Shown piece by piece: positions 37,996 to 50,804 of a DNA stretch of 64,000 nt. The notes under the pieces are model-generated. The model saw only the letters and a program-made list of their open reading frames with translations. It did not search any database and had not been told where the DNA came from. The position numbers and the translations under genes are program-made. How positions within the stretch are numbered: the stretch's first letter is position 1; each line of letters opens with the position of its first letter. Origin of the DNA: Somniosus microcephalus (taxonomy: Eukaryota); the NCBI GenBank assembly GCA_052327205.1, contig CM126207.1:51088001-51152000 (forward strand), written 5' to 3'.

Positions 37996-39404
37996 TCCAC
38001 ATTTTTTGATGGAATGTGATAGGTTACAGCTCCTTTTCAATTATTTGAGGGGGCTGCGCCTCAATTTCTGGTTGTATTTCAGCCATATGCTCCTGATCTC
38101 AGGCCACTCAATGGGGGAGGAGGGTAAGTCGGAAGACCTTGTGGATCTACTCTGGGACATAGCGAAGATGGTGATTCACAGGTTCAGGATGAGCTTGGCC
38201 AATGGGGAGGGGCCTTCTGGCTGGCTGCTTCTTCCATGGTCCCGTCCGCGCCTTGGTAGCCCTGGAGAGGGAGCATGTGAAGTCCAATGGTAACGCAGTG
38301 CCTAATAGACATGCAATAACATCATAATTTTTATAAGTTTCCTTTTGGTTCTGTTAAAATTGGGCTTTTACATTTCAATTAGCTGTGCCCCCTGAAAACA
38401 AAGTTGCACATGCAACCAACCAAGATCTCATTCTAGGCCAGTAAACATGCACAATCCCAATCCAAAATTTGAGTAACTATGAAGTAAACTAGGTGTCCAT
38501 TTATTAGTTTATTGCATTACTTTGTTAACCAGAAAGCTAATACTTTAGACAAGGGTTTTAATGATGGCTCAGTGGATAAATACACTGCGACTGAACCATA
38601 CAAGCCAGGCAAGTACCATGTTCAATCTGGTCTGTGCTGATTTAGCAGACCTCAGCTGCAGCAATAATGGGGATGTTACAATTGACCTCAGTTTTTCTGG
38701 GGTATGGAGGAGTGGGGAAATCTACCAGGGTGCCTACTTCCTGAATGGACTACAACAACAACTTGTATTTATATAGTGCCTTTAATGTAGTAAAACATCC
38801 CAAGGCGCTTCACAGGAGTATTATAAGACAAAAAACATTTGACACCGAGCTACATAAGGAGAAATTAGGGCAGGTGACCAAAAGCTTGGTCAAAGAGGTA
38901 TGTTTTAAGGAGGAAAGGGAGGTAGTGAGGCGGAGAGGTTTAGGCAGGGAATTTCAGAGCTTAGGGCCTGGGCAACAGAAGGTACGGCCACCAGTGGTTG
39001 AGTGATTATAATCAGGAATGCTCAAGAGGGCAGAAATAGAGGAGCGCAGATATCGCGGGGGGGTTGTGGGGCTGAAGGAGATTAGAGATAGGAAGGGGCG
39101 AGGCCATGGAGGGATTTAAAAACAAAGATGAGAATTTTGAAATTGAGGTGTTGCTTAACCGGGAGCCAATGTATGTCAGCGAGCACAGGGTTGATGGGTG
39201 GACGGGACTTGGTGCGAGTTAGGACACGGGCAGCTGAGTTTTGGATGGCCTCAAGTTTACGTAGGGTAGAATGTGGGAAGCCAGCCAGGAGTGCGTTGGA
39301 ATAGTTAAGTCTAAAGGTAACAAAGGCATGGATGAGGGTTTCAGTAGCGGATGAGCTGAGGCAACGGTGGAGACGGGCGATGTTACGGAGGTGGAAATAG
39401 GCAT

Positions 39405-39585
39405 TATTACGTCCGTGAATGATTGAGACACGGACAGCAGGAGTGGAACAAAATAAGTCTTCACTGATGGAAGTCAATAGTGAAACTGAAACAACAGAGG
39501 CTCACTAGCGCCTTTTATACAGGGGTGGTCACTGCCGGTACTGCAGCCTGAGACCAGTTATTCTCTTAAAGGTACATACACAACA
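39405..39585 (-). repeat. 3' LTR (181 bp)
   Basis: Direct repeat of 44242-44422; I find one mismatch (39462 c vs 44299 t). Confidence 0.97.
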
Positions 39586-42500
39586 ATTCCTCCCCTTTTA
39601 GATAAACAGTACATAACATTCATTTAACAACTAAATGATAACTAATTACAATCACAATTACTGTTACTAGATACATTGGTTAAGTTTAAGCAATTATAAG
39701 TTCAGTCTTTGAGGAGGCTTCCTGATTCTGTCTGGATAACGCCTCTTTGGGGTATCAGGTTCTTCTGGCAATGTTGAGTCGGGATCAATGTCGTTGTTTG
39801 GTTCATCTGCTTCCAATATTACCGGTTCTGCGGTAGCTGCAATTGGAACGTCGATTTCATTACCAGGTGTATCAGATCGTGGTGTGGAGTTGACGTTTTC
39901 CAGTGACTCTAGAATCTGGTCAGCATGGCGTCTTACAATGCTCTCCCCAACGTCCACGGTATACATGAGAGGTCCTTGTTTACAAATCGTTCCTGGCTGC
40001 CATTTCTCAGTGCGGTAGTCCTGGGCCAAAACTGGTTGACCTATCTTAAAACTCCTGGTCGGCCTTTCATTCATATTCTGAAACTGCCTGTTCTCCACAT
40101 CTCTTCGGACGTTTGGCTTAACCAAATCCAAGCGGCATCGTAGTCTTCGATTGAAGAACATCATGGCTGGAGTTTGGTTGGTAACCGCATGTGTCGCATT
40201 CCGGTAGGCAAACAAGAAGTTGTCCACCTTGTGCTGTAGGGGTATATCTTCATTACACATTGCCTTGATAGCCTTCTTGAATGTTTGGACAAACCTCTCG
40301 GCCAATCCATTAGTGGCTGGATGATATGGGGCAGATGTGTAATGCTTAACACCATTGTTCTTTAAGAACCTCCGGAACTCTTCAGACACAAACTGTGGTC
40401 CATTGTCAGAGCAAATCTGTTCAGGCAGCCCATTCCTGGCGAATATGGTTCGTAAAACTGTGATAGTTTTTTCCGTGGTGGTTGCGGACATTTTTATTAC
40501 CTCTGGCCACTTTGTGCATCCACCGCAATTAAAAACATCAAGTCCATGAAGGGACCAGCAAAATCAATGTGCACCCTTTGCCATGGAGATGAGGGCCACT
40601 CCCATGGATGCAGAGGAGCTTGTGGTGGGGCGTTTTGGACCTTCTGGCATCCTGCACAGCTCTTGGTCATCTCTTCGATTTCTCTATCGATTCCCGGCCA
40701 CCACACAAATGCTCTGGCTAAGTTCTTCATTTTTACCCCACCCAGATGACCCTCATGAAGCTCATTGAGCACGCTATCCGTCAACTTAGGTGGAATTACT
40801 ACTCTGGATCCACACATCAAGGTTCCTCTGCACACTGACAGCTGCTCTCTTCTCGGCGGGAATGCTGGCAGCAGTGGTTCGCCATGTGCTGACCATCCCT
40901 TCACCGTTAAATCTTAGACCCGTGATAGTGTCGGGTCATTCCGTGTTTCCTTTTCTATGTTTGCATTTGTCACAGGGAGACATTCGACTATGGTCGAGTG
41001 TAATAACTCCATTGGATCCACTGCAAGGTCGTCTTCTTCCACCGTCGGCAACGGTAGGCGTGACAATCCATCAGCATTTCCATGCTGTTTAGTTCCTTTG
41101 TACTCGATGTCATATTGGTGTGCCCCTAGGAAAAGGGACCATCTCTGCAGCCGTTGTGCTGTCATTATCGGTACGCCCTTCTGAGGGTTGAAAATGGAGA
41201 CAAGAGGTTGATGATCGGTTAGTAGAGTAAATTTTTGACCGTGCAGGTAGTGATTGAACTTCTTCACCCCCCACACTAGGCTGAGGGCCTCTCTGTCAAT
41301 CTGGGCGTAGTTACGCTCGGCAGAAGTTAACGAGCGTGACGCAAAAGCTATCGGCCTCTCTAAACCATCAAGGAATTTATGTGACAGTACCGCCCCAATG
41401 CCGTAGGGAGACGCATCACACGCCAGTCTGATCAGCAATGCTGGGTTGTAGTGAGCCAATACTTCCCTTGAAGTGATTAAGTCCTTACTCTTCTGAAAAG
41501 CACGCTTACAATCATCGCTCCATTTCCATGCTACCCCCATTCGTAGCAGGGCGTTCAGTGGGTGCAGAATTGTCGACAAATTCGGCAAAAACTTATGATA
41601 GTAATTCACCAATCCGAGGAATGACCTCAGTTGCGACACATTTTCAGGCGCTGGGGCCTTAACAACCGCTTCAATTTTGTCAGGGGACTTATGTAACCCC
41701 TCTTTCATCAATCACGTGGCCACAATACGATATCTGTTTCTTAAAAAATTCGCACTTGGGGCGGTTGGCTCGCAGCCCATGTTCCCGTAGTCTAGTGAGC
41801 ACCTGTTCTAGGTTGTTAAGGTGTTCACTGTCATCTTCACCTGTCACAAGGATGTCGTCCAAGTAACACTGAGTCCCCGGAATCCCTTGCAGGACTTGCT
41901 CCATCGCTCTTTGCCATATTGCCGGAGCCGATGCTACTCCGAATACCAATCGATGATACTGGTAAAGACCTTTGTGAGTGTTTATCGTGAGATACTTCCT
42001 AGAGGACTCTTCAACCTCCATCTGCAAATATGCTTGTGCTAGGTCAATTTTTGTAAAACGCTTCCCTCCAGACAGTGAGGCAAAGATGTCTTCTATCCTT
42101 GGAAGAGGATATTGTACTGTGTGAAGGACTGGGTTCACCGTCACCTTAAAATCCCCACAGATGCGAATCTTCCTTGGCTCCCCGGACTTATTGCTTAACG
42201 TTTTCTTCATGACAGGAACAATGGGTGTCGCCCACTCGCTCCAGTCGACCTTAGACAACACGCCCGCCTTCTCCAGATTCTCCAGCTCTGCTTCGACGGC
42301 TGGGCGAATTGCATATGGTACCAGTCTTGCTTTGAAAAACTTGGGAACTGCATTCTCTTCTATTTTTATTGAGGCGGTTACGCCTTTAAGCGTGCCCAGT
42401 TCTTGTTGAAATACCTCTTTGGCGTTCGCTAAGATTGTTGACAATCGTCCAGGAGTGACGTCTTCATCTTTTTTACCATCCACCGTCATTGCATGAATGG

Positions 42501-44241
42501 AATGCCAATTAAGTTTATCTTCCTGATCCATTCCCGTCCCAATAACGGTGGTCCACCATTTGGCAGTATGTAGAGATACAATTTCCGTATTTTCTTGCCG
42601 TTGTATTCGACAGGCACCCTTATTTTTCCTCTGGGGTATACTTTTTGCCCCGTATACGTCGTCAAGACGATGGATGTCTGTCTCAAGGGTATGTGTGAAA
42701 ATAGCCGCTCGTAGTCTCGTCGATTCATGATGGTCAGCGCTGACCCTGTATCCAATTCCATTTTAACTTGGGACCCTGCTATCGTGAGGGTGACCCAAAT
42801 GGTTTGGTGATCCTCTTTTGCGATTACATTGTGAAGTTTGAGACAGCTTAGTCTCCTGTTCCCGGATTCACTATCGCTCATCTGGTCTTCGGAACTACTG
42901 TCCGTCATCTTTTGTACTTTCTTGTACGGTTCCTTAGTAGCCTTTTTGTTGTCGCTGGTCTTCTTCCCAGACCTGCAAACTTGTGCAATGTGTCCCATTT
43001 TCCCGCATTGCCTGCATATTTTGTCTTTGGACCAGCAGTCCTTTTGGTCATGGTTAGTTCTGCCGCAGCGATAACATTTTGCAAATCCCCGTGTCATTTC
43101 GTGGGTGCCGTATTCCTGTGGTTTTTGTTGAATTTCTGCAGCTCCCCTGGCTGCTGCTTCATACGATACTGCCACGCTGAAAGCCTTATCTAGCGTCAGC
43201 TCTTTCTCTGAGAGTAACTTCTTCTGTGTTCCTTCACTTAGGAGTCCACAGACAAATTTGTCCCGTAGGGTATCTGCCAGTCCTGCTCCGAACTGGCAGT
43301 GCTTTGATAGCTTGCGTAGTTCCGTAAGATACTCAGCATTGCTCTCATCTTTGTGCTGAGTTCTCCTGTGGAATTTAAATCTTTCTGCTATCAACAGCGG
43401 TGCAGGGTTTAGGTGTTCCTGTAGGACAGCAACAATTTCGTTAAAACTCTTCGGTTTGGCTGGAGTAATCAGGTCCCGCAATAGGCCGTACGTTCTAGCG
43501 CCCATTAAGTTTAGCAATATCGATGCCTTTTTCCCCTCCACTATTTCGTTTGCCTCGAAATATACCTCGACTTTTTCCACATACGTGGTCCAGTCCTCTA
43601 TTGTATTATCAAAAACAGTGATAGTCAGTCTTCGGCATCTTGCAAATCTAAAATGGCGCCTCCCGCGCTTTGCCTTCTTCCCCGATTTTAACAGAATGGC
43701 GCCTCCCGCACTTTGCTGTCTTCCCCACTGATTAAGATGGCGCCTCCCGCGCTTTGCCTTCTTCCCCGCTGTTAGCGCTGCTTTCCACGGTTTCTTGCGC
43801 GTTTATTATTTTTTTAATTTTCCCGTCGTGGAACAACCCTGTGGGACTCTTGCCTCCCTCTTCGCGGGTCTATATGCAGCCCGGCTTCGTAGCACTGGCC
43901 GTGCCCTGTGTGCTCCACCCTCTCTTCTTCCCGACAACGCTGCTCGGCCCCGTTGCAAACCACCCGCTCGAGTTCGCGACCGCTGCAGCCCAGGAAGGAT
44001 CAGTGCACTACCTGCCACCAGCCCGATTAGCTGAAGCACCGTCGACAGGAACCAGGCCCCGCATCCGACAGCTTCTCCAGCAATCTTCAACTCTGCAACA
44101 CAGGGCAGAAGCCCACGGTCGACGCCCGTTTCTACTGCCTCTTACTTTCTTTCTGGCCTCGACCTCTGCTCACTTCGCTGTAGGAATGGATCCCAGGAGG
44201 TGGTGCAGACTGTAGGTAGGTTCGTATCTGCTCGTCGCCAG

Positions 44242-44422
44242 TATTACGTCCGTGAATGATTGAGACACGGACAGCAGGAGTGGAACAAAATAAGTCTTTA
44301 CTGATGGAAGTCAATAGTGAAACTGAAACAACAGAGGCTCACTAGCGCCTTTTATACAGGGGTGGTCACTGCCGGTACTGCAGCCTGAGACCAGTTATTC
44401 TCTTAAAGGTACATACACAACA
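44242..44422 (-). repeat. 5' LTR (181 bp), ends TG...TA
   Basis: Contains TATAAAA and AGTAAA on -; PBS follows immediately. Confidence 0.97.
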
Positions 44423-45728
44423 GATATGTGGTCGGAAGCTCATTTCAGGGTCAAATATGATACCAAGGTTGCGAACATTGTGGTTCAGCCTCAGACAGAT
44501 GCTAGGGAGAGGGATGGAGTCAGTGGTTAGGGAATGGAGTTTGTGGCGGGGACCGAAAACTATGGCTTCGGTCTTCCCAATATTTAATTGGAGAAAATTT
44601 CTGCTTATCCAGAACTGGATGTCGGACAAGCAGTCTGACAATTTAGAGACCGTGGGGTCGAGAGAAGTGGTAGTGCAGCAGAGCTGGGTGTCGTCAGCGT
44701 ATATGTGGAAACTGACGCTGTGTTTTCGGATGATGTTGCCAAGGGGCAACATGTAGATGAGAAATAGGAAGTGGCCAAGGATAGACCCTTGGGGGACACC
44801 AGAGGTAACAAGGTGGGAGCGGGAAGAGAAGCCGTTGCAGGTGATTCTCTGTCTACGATTAGATAAGAATGGAACCAGGCAAGTGCAGTCCCACCCAGCT
44901 GGATGACGGTGGAGAGGCGTTGAAGGATGGAGTGGTCAACCGTGCCAAAGGCTGCAGACAAGTCAAGAAGGACGAGGAGGGATAGTTTACCTTTGTCACA
45001 GTCACAATGGATGTCATTTATGACTTTGATGAGAGCCGTTTCGGTACTGAGGCAAGGGCGGAAACCTGATTGGAGGGATTCAAACATGGAGTTCCGGGAA
45101 AGATGGGCACGGATTTGGGAGGCGACAACACATTCAAGGACTTTGGAGAGGAAAGGGAGGTTGGAGATGGGGCGGTAGTTTGCAAGGACGGAGGGGGTCT
45201 AGGGTTTGTTCTTTGAGTAGAGGGGTGATGACGGTAGATTTGAGGGAGAGGGAGACAGTACCTGAGGAGAGAGAACCATGAACAATGTCAGTTAACATGG
45301 GAGCCAGAAAAGGAAGTTGTGTCGTCAGCAGTTTGGTGGGAATAGGATCGAGAGAACAGGAAGTGGGTCTCATGGACAAGGTGAGCACGGAGAGGTCATG
45401 AGGGGAGATCGGAGAGAAACTGGAGAAAGATGTGTGTACAGGGCTTGGGCAGGGGGGAACCTTAGAGGAAGTTTGGCCCAATGGGCTAGGGGAAAGAAGG
45501 GAAGTGGCAGAGGCAGCTGAACAGATGGTATCAATCTTAGAGACAATGAAGTCCATGAACTTCTCTCACTTGTTTAAGGTGAGGGTGGAGGAGATGGGAA
45601 AGGGGTTTAAGAAGACGGTTAGCAGTAGAGAATAGGAGCTGGTGTTTATCTTTGCATTCCAGAATGATTCTGGAATAGTGAGCAATTTTGGCAGACGAGA
45701 GCAGGGACGATAATGCTTTATCTGGCCA

Positions 45729-48600
45729 TGAGGTAGACTTTGCCATAAAAAATGAACTAGTTGGGCATCTCAGAGACTCTCCTAGCAGTATAAACGAGCG
45801 TCTCATGATTCTTTGGCTCACCCTAGCCCAGAACCAGTGCGCTACGGTCATCAGTGCGTACGCCCCAACACTGGAAGCCACAGACGAGACCAAAGAGGAA
45901 TTCTACTCCAGCCTCGAACAATCCCTGTCCCGAGTCCCAACGGCCGACAAGCTGATCCTCCTTGGCGACTTTAACGCCAGAGTTGGAAAGGACACAGACC
46001 TCTGGGGAGGTGTGATCGGCAGAGAGGGGGTAGGGAAAGCCAACTCCAACAGTACCCTCCTCCTGTCGAAATGCTTAGAACATGGCCTTGTCTCTCTGAT
46101 GGAACAAGGTTTTGGTTATGACAAGTACAAGGCTTCATGGCAGCACCCTCGTTCCAAGCACTGACATCTGGACTACGTCAGCGTCCGAGTGAGGGGCCGC
46201 AAGGACGTCTGCATCATCCGCGCCATGACGAGCTGACGACTGCTGGACAGACCACCGCCTAATCCGCTCTGTCATCTCCATCAATGTAGCCCCAAAACAG
46301 CGGTGGCAACAGAAACAATGCTGCAGGAAAATCAACGCTGGAGCACTCAAAGACCCCGCTAAGAAAGCCCTATTCAGCCTGCGCCTCACAAACAACCTGA
46401 CGACTCCCAGTGATTCAGAAACAGAGTGTCCACAGCACCTGGTCTGCACTCAAGGCCAATATAATCAGCACCTGTGAAGAGACGCTCTGTCACTCGACCA
46501 GGAAATGCCAAGATTGGTTCGACGAGAACGACCAGGAGATCCAGGAGCTAATAAGCCGCAAGCGCAAGGCATTCCTGATCTGGAAACAGCAACAGAACTC
46601 GAGAGCAAGAAAGCAGCTCTACAGACGCCTGAAGGCCGAGGTCCAAGAAAAAACTCGCGACCTAAAGAACAGATGGTGGGTGCAGAAAGCGCAGGAGATC
46701 CAGCAGCTAGCCGACAACCACAATGTGAGTGGATTCTTTAGCGCAATCAAGATCATCTATGGCCCAAGCACCCAAGGTCTTACCCCACTGCGGGCCAAAA
46801 ACGGAGAGGTACTCATCAAGGACAGAGGGGCAGTCAGTGCCCGCTGGAAGGAGCACTTCGAAGATCTCCTTAACCGGAAAAACAACAAGGCCTCAGGAGC
46901 AGATGGAATCCCTGCCGAGGCACTAAAGCATAGCGGAGAAGCACTACTGGCGCGAATTCATGAACTAATTTCCCTTATCTGGAAGGAGGAGTGCATGCCA
47001 GACGCTGTAATTGTGACTATCTTCAAGAAAGGTGACCAGTCCGATTGCGGTAATTACAGAGGAGTTTCCCTGCTGTCTGCCTAGGGAAAGTCATTGCAAG
47101 AATCCTCCTCAATTGCCTTCTCCCAGTGGCCGAAGAGCTCCTCCCAGAGTCGCAATGCGGATTCTGCCCACTAAGGGGCACAATGGACATGATCTTCACT
47201 GCACGTCAATTACAAGAGAAATGCAGGGAACAGCACCAACCACTGTACATGGCCGCCTTTGATCTCACAAAGGCCTTCGACACTGTCAACCGTGAGGGAT
47301 TATGGAGTGTCCTCCTCAAATTTGGCTGCCCTCAAATGTTTGTCACCATCCTCCGCCTGCTTCACGATGACATGCAAGCCGTGATCCTGACCAACGGTTC
47401 CACCACAGACCCAATTCACGTACGGACCAGGGTCAAGCAAGGCTGTGTCATCGCACCAACGCTCTTCTCGATCTTCCTTGCTGCACTGCTCCATCTCACC
47501 CTCAGTAAGCTCCCTGCTGGAGTGGAGCTAATTTACAGAACAAACGGGAAACTGCTCAACCTCCGTCGCCTCCCATCCAGATCCAAGGTCGTCCCATCCT
47601 CTGTCGTCAAATTACAGTATGCAGAAGACGCTTGCGTCTGCGCTCACTCGGAGGTCGAACTCCAAACCATTGTCAACACCTTCACCGAAGCATATGAGAG
47701 CATAGGCCTTACACTAAACATCCGTAAGACAAAGGTCCTCTACCAACCTGCCCCCGCCACACAGTGCTGCCCCCCGATTATCAAAATCCACGACAAGGCC
47801 TTGGACAACGTGGACCACTTTCCATACCTCGGGAGCCTACTGTCAACAAGGGCAGATGTCGATGACTAAGTCCAACACCGCCTTCAGTGTGCCAGTACAG
47901 CCTTCGGTCGCCTGAGGAAGAGAGTGTTTGAAGACCAGGACCTCAGACCCGGCACTAAGCTCATGGTCTACAGAGCAGCAGTGATACCCGCCCTGCTGTA
48001 TGCCTCAGAGACATGGACCATGTACAGCAGGCACCTCAAAGCACTGAAGAGGTACCACCAACGCTGCCTCTGCAAGATCCTGCAAATCTATTGGCAGGAT
48101 AGGCGCACCAACGTCAGTGTTCTCGCTCAGGCCAACATCCCCAGCATCGAAGCTTTGACTACGCTCGATCAGCTCCGATGGATGGGTCAGATCGTCCGCA
48201 TGCCTGATACGAGACTCCCAAAACAAGCGCTCTACTCGGAGCTCCAACTTGCCAAAGAGCCCCAGGTGGGCAGAGGAAACGCTTCAAGGACACCCTCAAA
48301 GCCTCCTTGGAAAAAGTGCAACATCCCCACCGACACCTGGGAATCCCTGGCCCAAGACCGCACAAAGTGGAGGAGAAGCATCCGGGAAGGCACCAAACAC
48401 CTCAAGTCTCTTCACCGGGAGCCAGCGGAAGGAGCGCACGTCAACCCAAGCACCCCACCCATCCGCCGTCTGGCCCCCCCCCCCCCCCCCCCGTGACAGA
48501 GACTGTAGGGTCCTGCATTGGACTCATCAGTCACCTGAGAACTCATTTTTAACGTGGAAGCAAGTCATCCTCTGTTCCAAGGGACTGCCCAAGAAGAAAA
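45729..48600 (+). mobile_element. RTE-clade LINE, 5'-truncated (APE endonuclease plus RT), decayed
   Basis: VISAYAPT, LILLGDFNARVG, ESQCGF, FDLTKAFDTVNRE, VKQGCVIAPTLFSIF, FPYLGS, LLYASETW; 3' end gggactgcccaagaagaaaa. Confidence 0.93.
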
Positions 48601-48830
48601 GCCAGATCTGGTGGTGAATAGCTAAACCAGTTGTCCGCCATATCCGTTCAGGTCTGCGTCCCTTGGACTTAAGGGAGCGAAGATGAAGGCCGTACCAGGG
48701 GGAACGGCCAGGGTGAGAGAGAGTAATTGTTTTAATAGGGACGAGGGCATGAAAGGCGGTGGTGAGGGTATGGTTGAGCAGATTGGTAGCTGCAGAAATG
48801 CCACAGTGATCTGTTGTGGAAAAGAATAAT

Positions 48831-49591
48831 GGCCCGGAATTTGTGGTCAGCGGCGAAGCGAAGGCATTTGCCACTGACCCGAAGTAAGTTTCGCACAAAG
48901 ATCTCGCGATCTCTGTGTCGAGAAGTTTGGGTTTTCCGATGCCTAATTCAAATCAACGGAGAATAGTGGGAATCCCCTAGTGTGAGCTGCTGTGATGTCA
49001 ATAAGCTGTCTAAGCAGCCAATCAGAATGCAGAATTCTCAGACAGCGAACATGGAAGTGAGTAAGCTTTTAAAATTCAAACTTTTTCAAAATGTTAGAGA
49101 GCGAAACAAAGATTGGGGCTCTCACATGGGGAAAAGGCAAACCTGAAATAAAGATGAACAAACTTAAAAAAACACTTTTTTTAAAGTTTCTTAAAGTTTT
49201 TCATTTTTATTAAAATGGATAAATTTGACTGGACAAAATGAAAATTAGTTTTTCAGGGCCATAACCTTTGTTTAGCGGTCAATATGCTGTTAAAACCCCA
49301 GTTACACCTAATCCCCTTGGGTCTAACTTTTATTGGGGTATTTAACAGCGGTATTACAGCAGAAGAGCCAAAGTTTTCGTCAGTTTCCCTGATCTGAGTG
49401 ATTACACTGATTGCCGGCTCTGGGGGGTGGGATGTGGGGTGCCAAGCGCAGCCTGTAGAGGAGCAGTGAATGACGGACAGCAACTTCAGGATTTCCACAT
49501 GCGCCAAATCACAAAGTTGCGGTCAGTTTCAAAAGCGGAATGACAACGAACACTGCCAGTTCGCTATCATCCGGACCGCAAATTCCGGGCT
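48831..49591. mobile_element. Non-autonomous Harbinger-like MITE
   Basis: TIRs ggcccggaatttgtggtc / gaccgcaaattccgggct; 3-bp TSD aat at 48828-48830 and 49592-49594. Related end fragment at about 56782-56810. Confidence 0.8.
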
Positions 49592-49914
49592 AATGTGTGG
49601 ATACTGGATTAAGATATGGATTAGGATTGGGTTCAGCTGGTACACCTGTGGTTAAATAGCCTTTCAACTGTCACTTTCATGGAGAGGAGTCACGTGATGA
49701 ATAGTAATTTGGGTGAAGTACTGTGGAATTGTATTCCTGGAGGACACTGTCTTCTAAGCGAAAAGGGAGTAAGAAAATCTTAAATACACCTCTGTTGAGA
49801 TCACTACTCTTGCTAGATAATGGGTATTAATTTTAAAATAATTGTTGGCTTCAGTGATTTTCTGAATGAAATACAGTAACACGAATGTGCTTTAATATAA
49901 GTTTTTGCACAACT

Positions 49915-50085
49915 GTCCTCTTTTTAAGACGCTCCTTAAAACCTACCTCTTTGACCAAGCTTTTGGCCACCTGTCCTACTACCTCCTTTTGTTGCTTGGT
50001 GTTATTTTGTTTGCTAACACTCCTGTGAAGCGCCTTGGGATGTTTTATAACGTTAAAGCCGCTATATAAATGCAAGTTGTTGTTT
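49915..50085 (+). mobile_element. L2 3' tail fragment
   Basis: ctccttaaaacctacctctttgaccaagctttt..ctcctgtgaagcgccttggga..tatataaatgcaagttgttgt; homologous to 38752-38910 (-). Confidence 0.8.
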
Positions 50086-50804
50086 GGTTCAAAAAGAATG
50101 TTGGAGCATGAGTGCTGGGTTGATTTTGATTCAGGATTTAACGATGGGTTTCAAACCATCTTTTCCTAATCAAAAGCCAAAGTTGATTTTGGTATGTGTA
50201 AATTCCAGCTATAGAGATCTGTAATGTATGATCATGGCTCGAAACTTTATTGGGATGAGCAGCTGACAAAATTGAACTTTATTCTGATTGGAAGCAGGTC
50301 TGAGCGGTCTTCAAAATCCTAAAAGACATGGATTTTTTTGATCAGCGGTGTCCAGCTTGCATACCATAGGCCATATATAAAGCCCTTGCAATACAGCATT
50401 GAAGCCCAGGCAAATCAGACTTGTTGCTTTTCTATTTCTTATTTTTGATTGTCTTCTTTGAATTTTGTGGGCGTGGAGCTTTGAAAAGGGCTGATTTTAG
50501 ACGTATTGCCTCATTGATCGATAAATCCTGCTTTCTAAGCTTTAGAAATGTGTAGCAAACATATTATGTAGCAAGAGATATATATTTTGAAAAGCAAAAT
50601 ATTTTGAATAAACATAATTAAGATAAAGGTATTTATTGTGCTGGTATTTTTATATGATGATGGCATATTGCTTTAAAGCTATTTTAGATATTTAATTTTG
50701 GATTTTCTAGGATAATATCGTATTTTACATCAGATGTTGATATGTATTATTTTCTCTACAGCTTCACTTGGTCTCTTTATTTGTGACTGTATCAACATCA
50801 CCAA

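Larger units (their letters stand above)
34150..38330 (+). mobile_element. Tx1-type LINE 3' fragment (about 34150-34880 and 38000-38330), split by nested CR1 insertions
   Basis: LQELPVFYRDLVRVWNMV..LLHNPHL, then CNFCHLEESV | ..MECDRLQLLFNYLRGL..NFWLYFS: one Tx1 C-terminal Cys/His region broken in two. Confidence 0.7.
39405..44422 (-). mobile_element. Full-length Ty3/Gypsy LTR retrotransposon (Mag-like), gag-PR-RT-RH-IN, frameshifted
   Basis: Two CCHC knuckles, LDTGS protease, YLDD RT, CDASPYGIG RNase H, HHCC and DDE integrase (IDFAG, SDNGPQF, NGLAERFV). PBS TGGCGACGAG at 44231-44240 (complementary to a tRNA-Ser-type 3' end); PPT AAAAGGGGAGGAA at 39587-39599. Confidence 0.97.
38752..48800 (-). 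mobile_element. L2 LINE host element in three pieces (about 38752-39404, 44423-45728, 48601-48800)
   Basis: QSGFRPCLSTETAL, LLDLSAAF, YADDTQL, AYFHLRNIARL, HWLPVKQ; reading continues across the Gypsy and RTE insertions; tail (ttg)n at about 38752-38762. Confidence 0.9.

Noticed and set aside
43754-44215. 153-aa antisense ORF in the Gypsy leader as an accessory gene
   Set aside because: Non-ATG start in GC-rich sequence where several frames stay open by chance; no recognisable motif.
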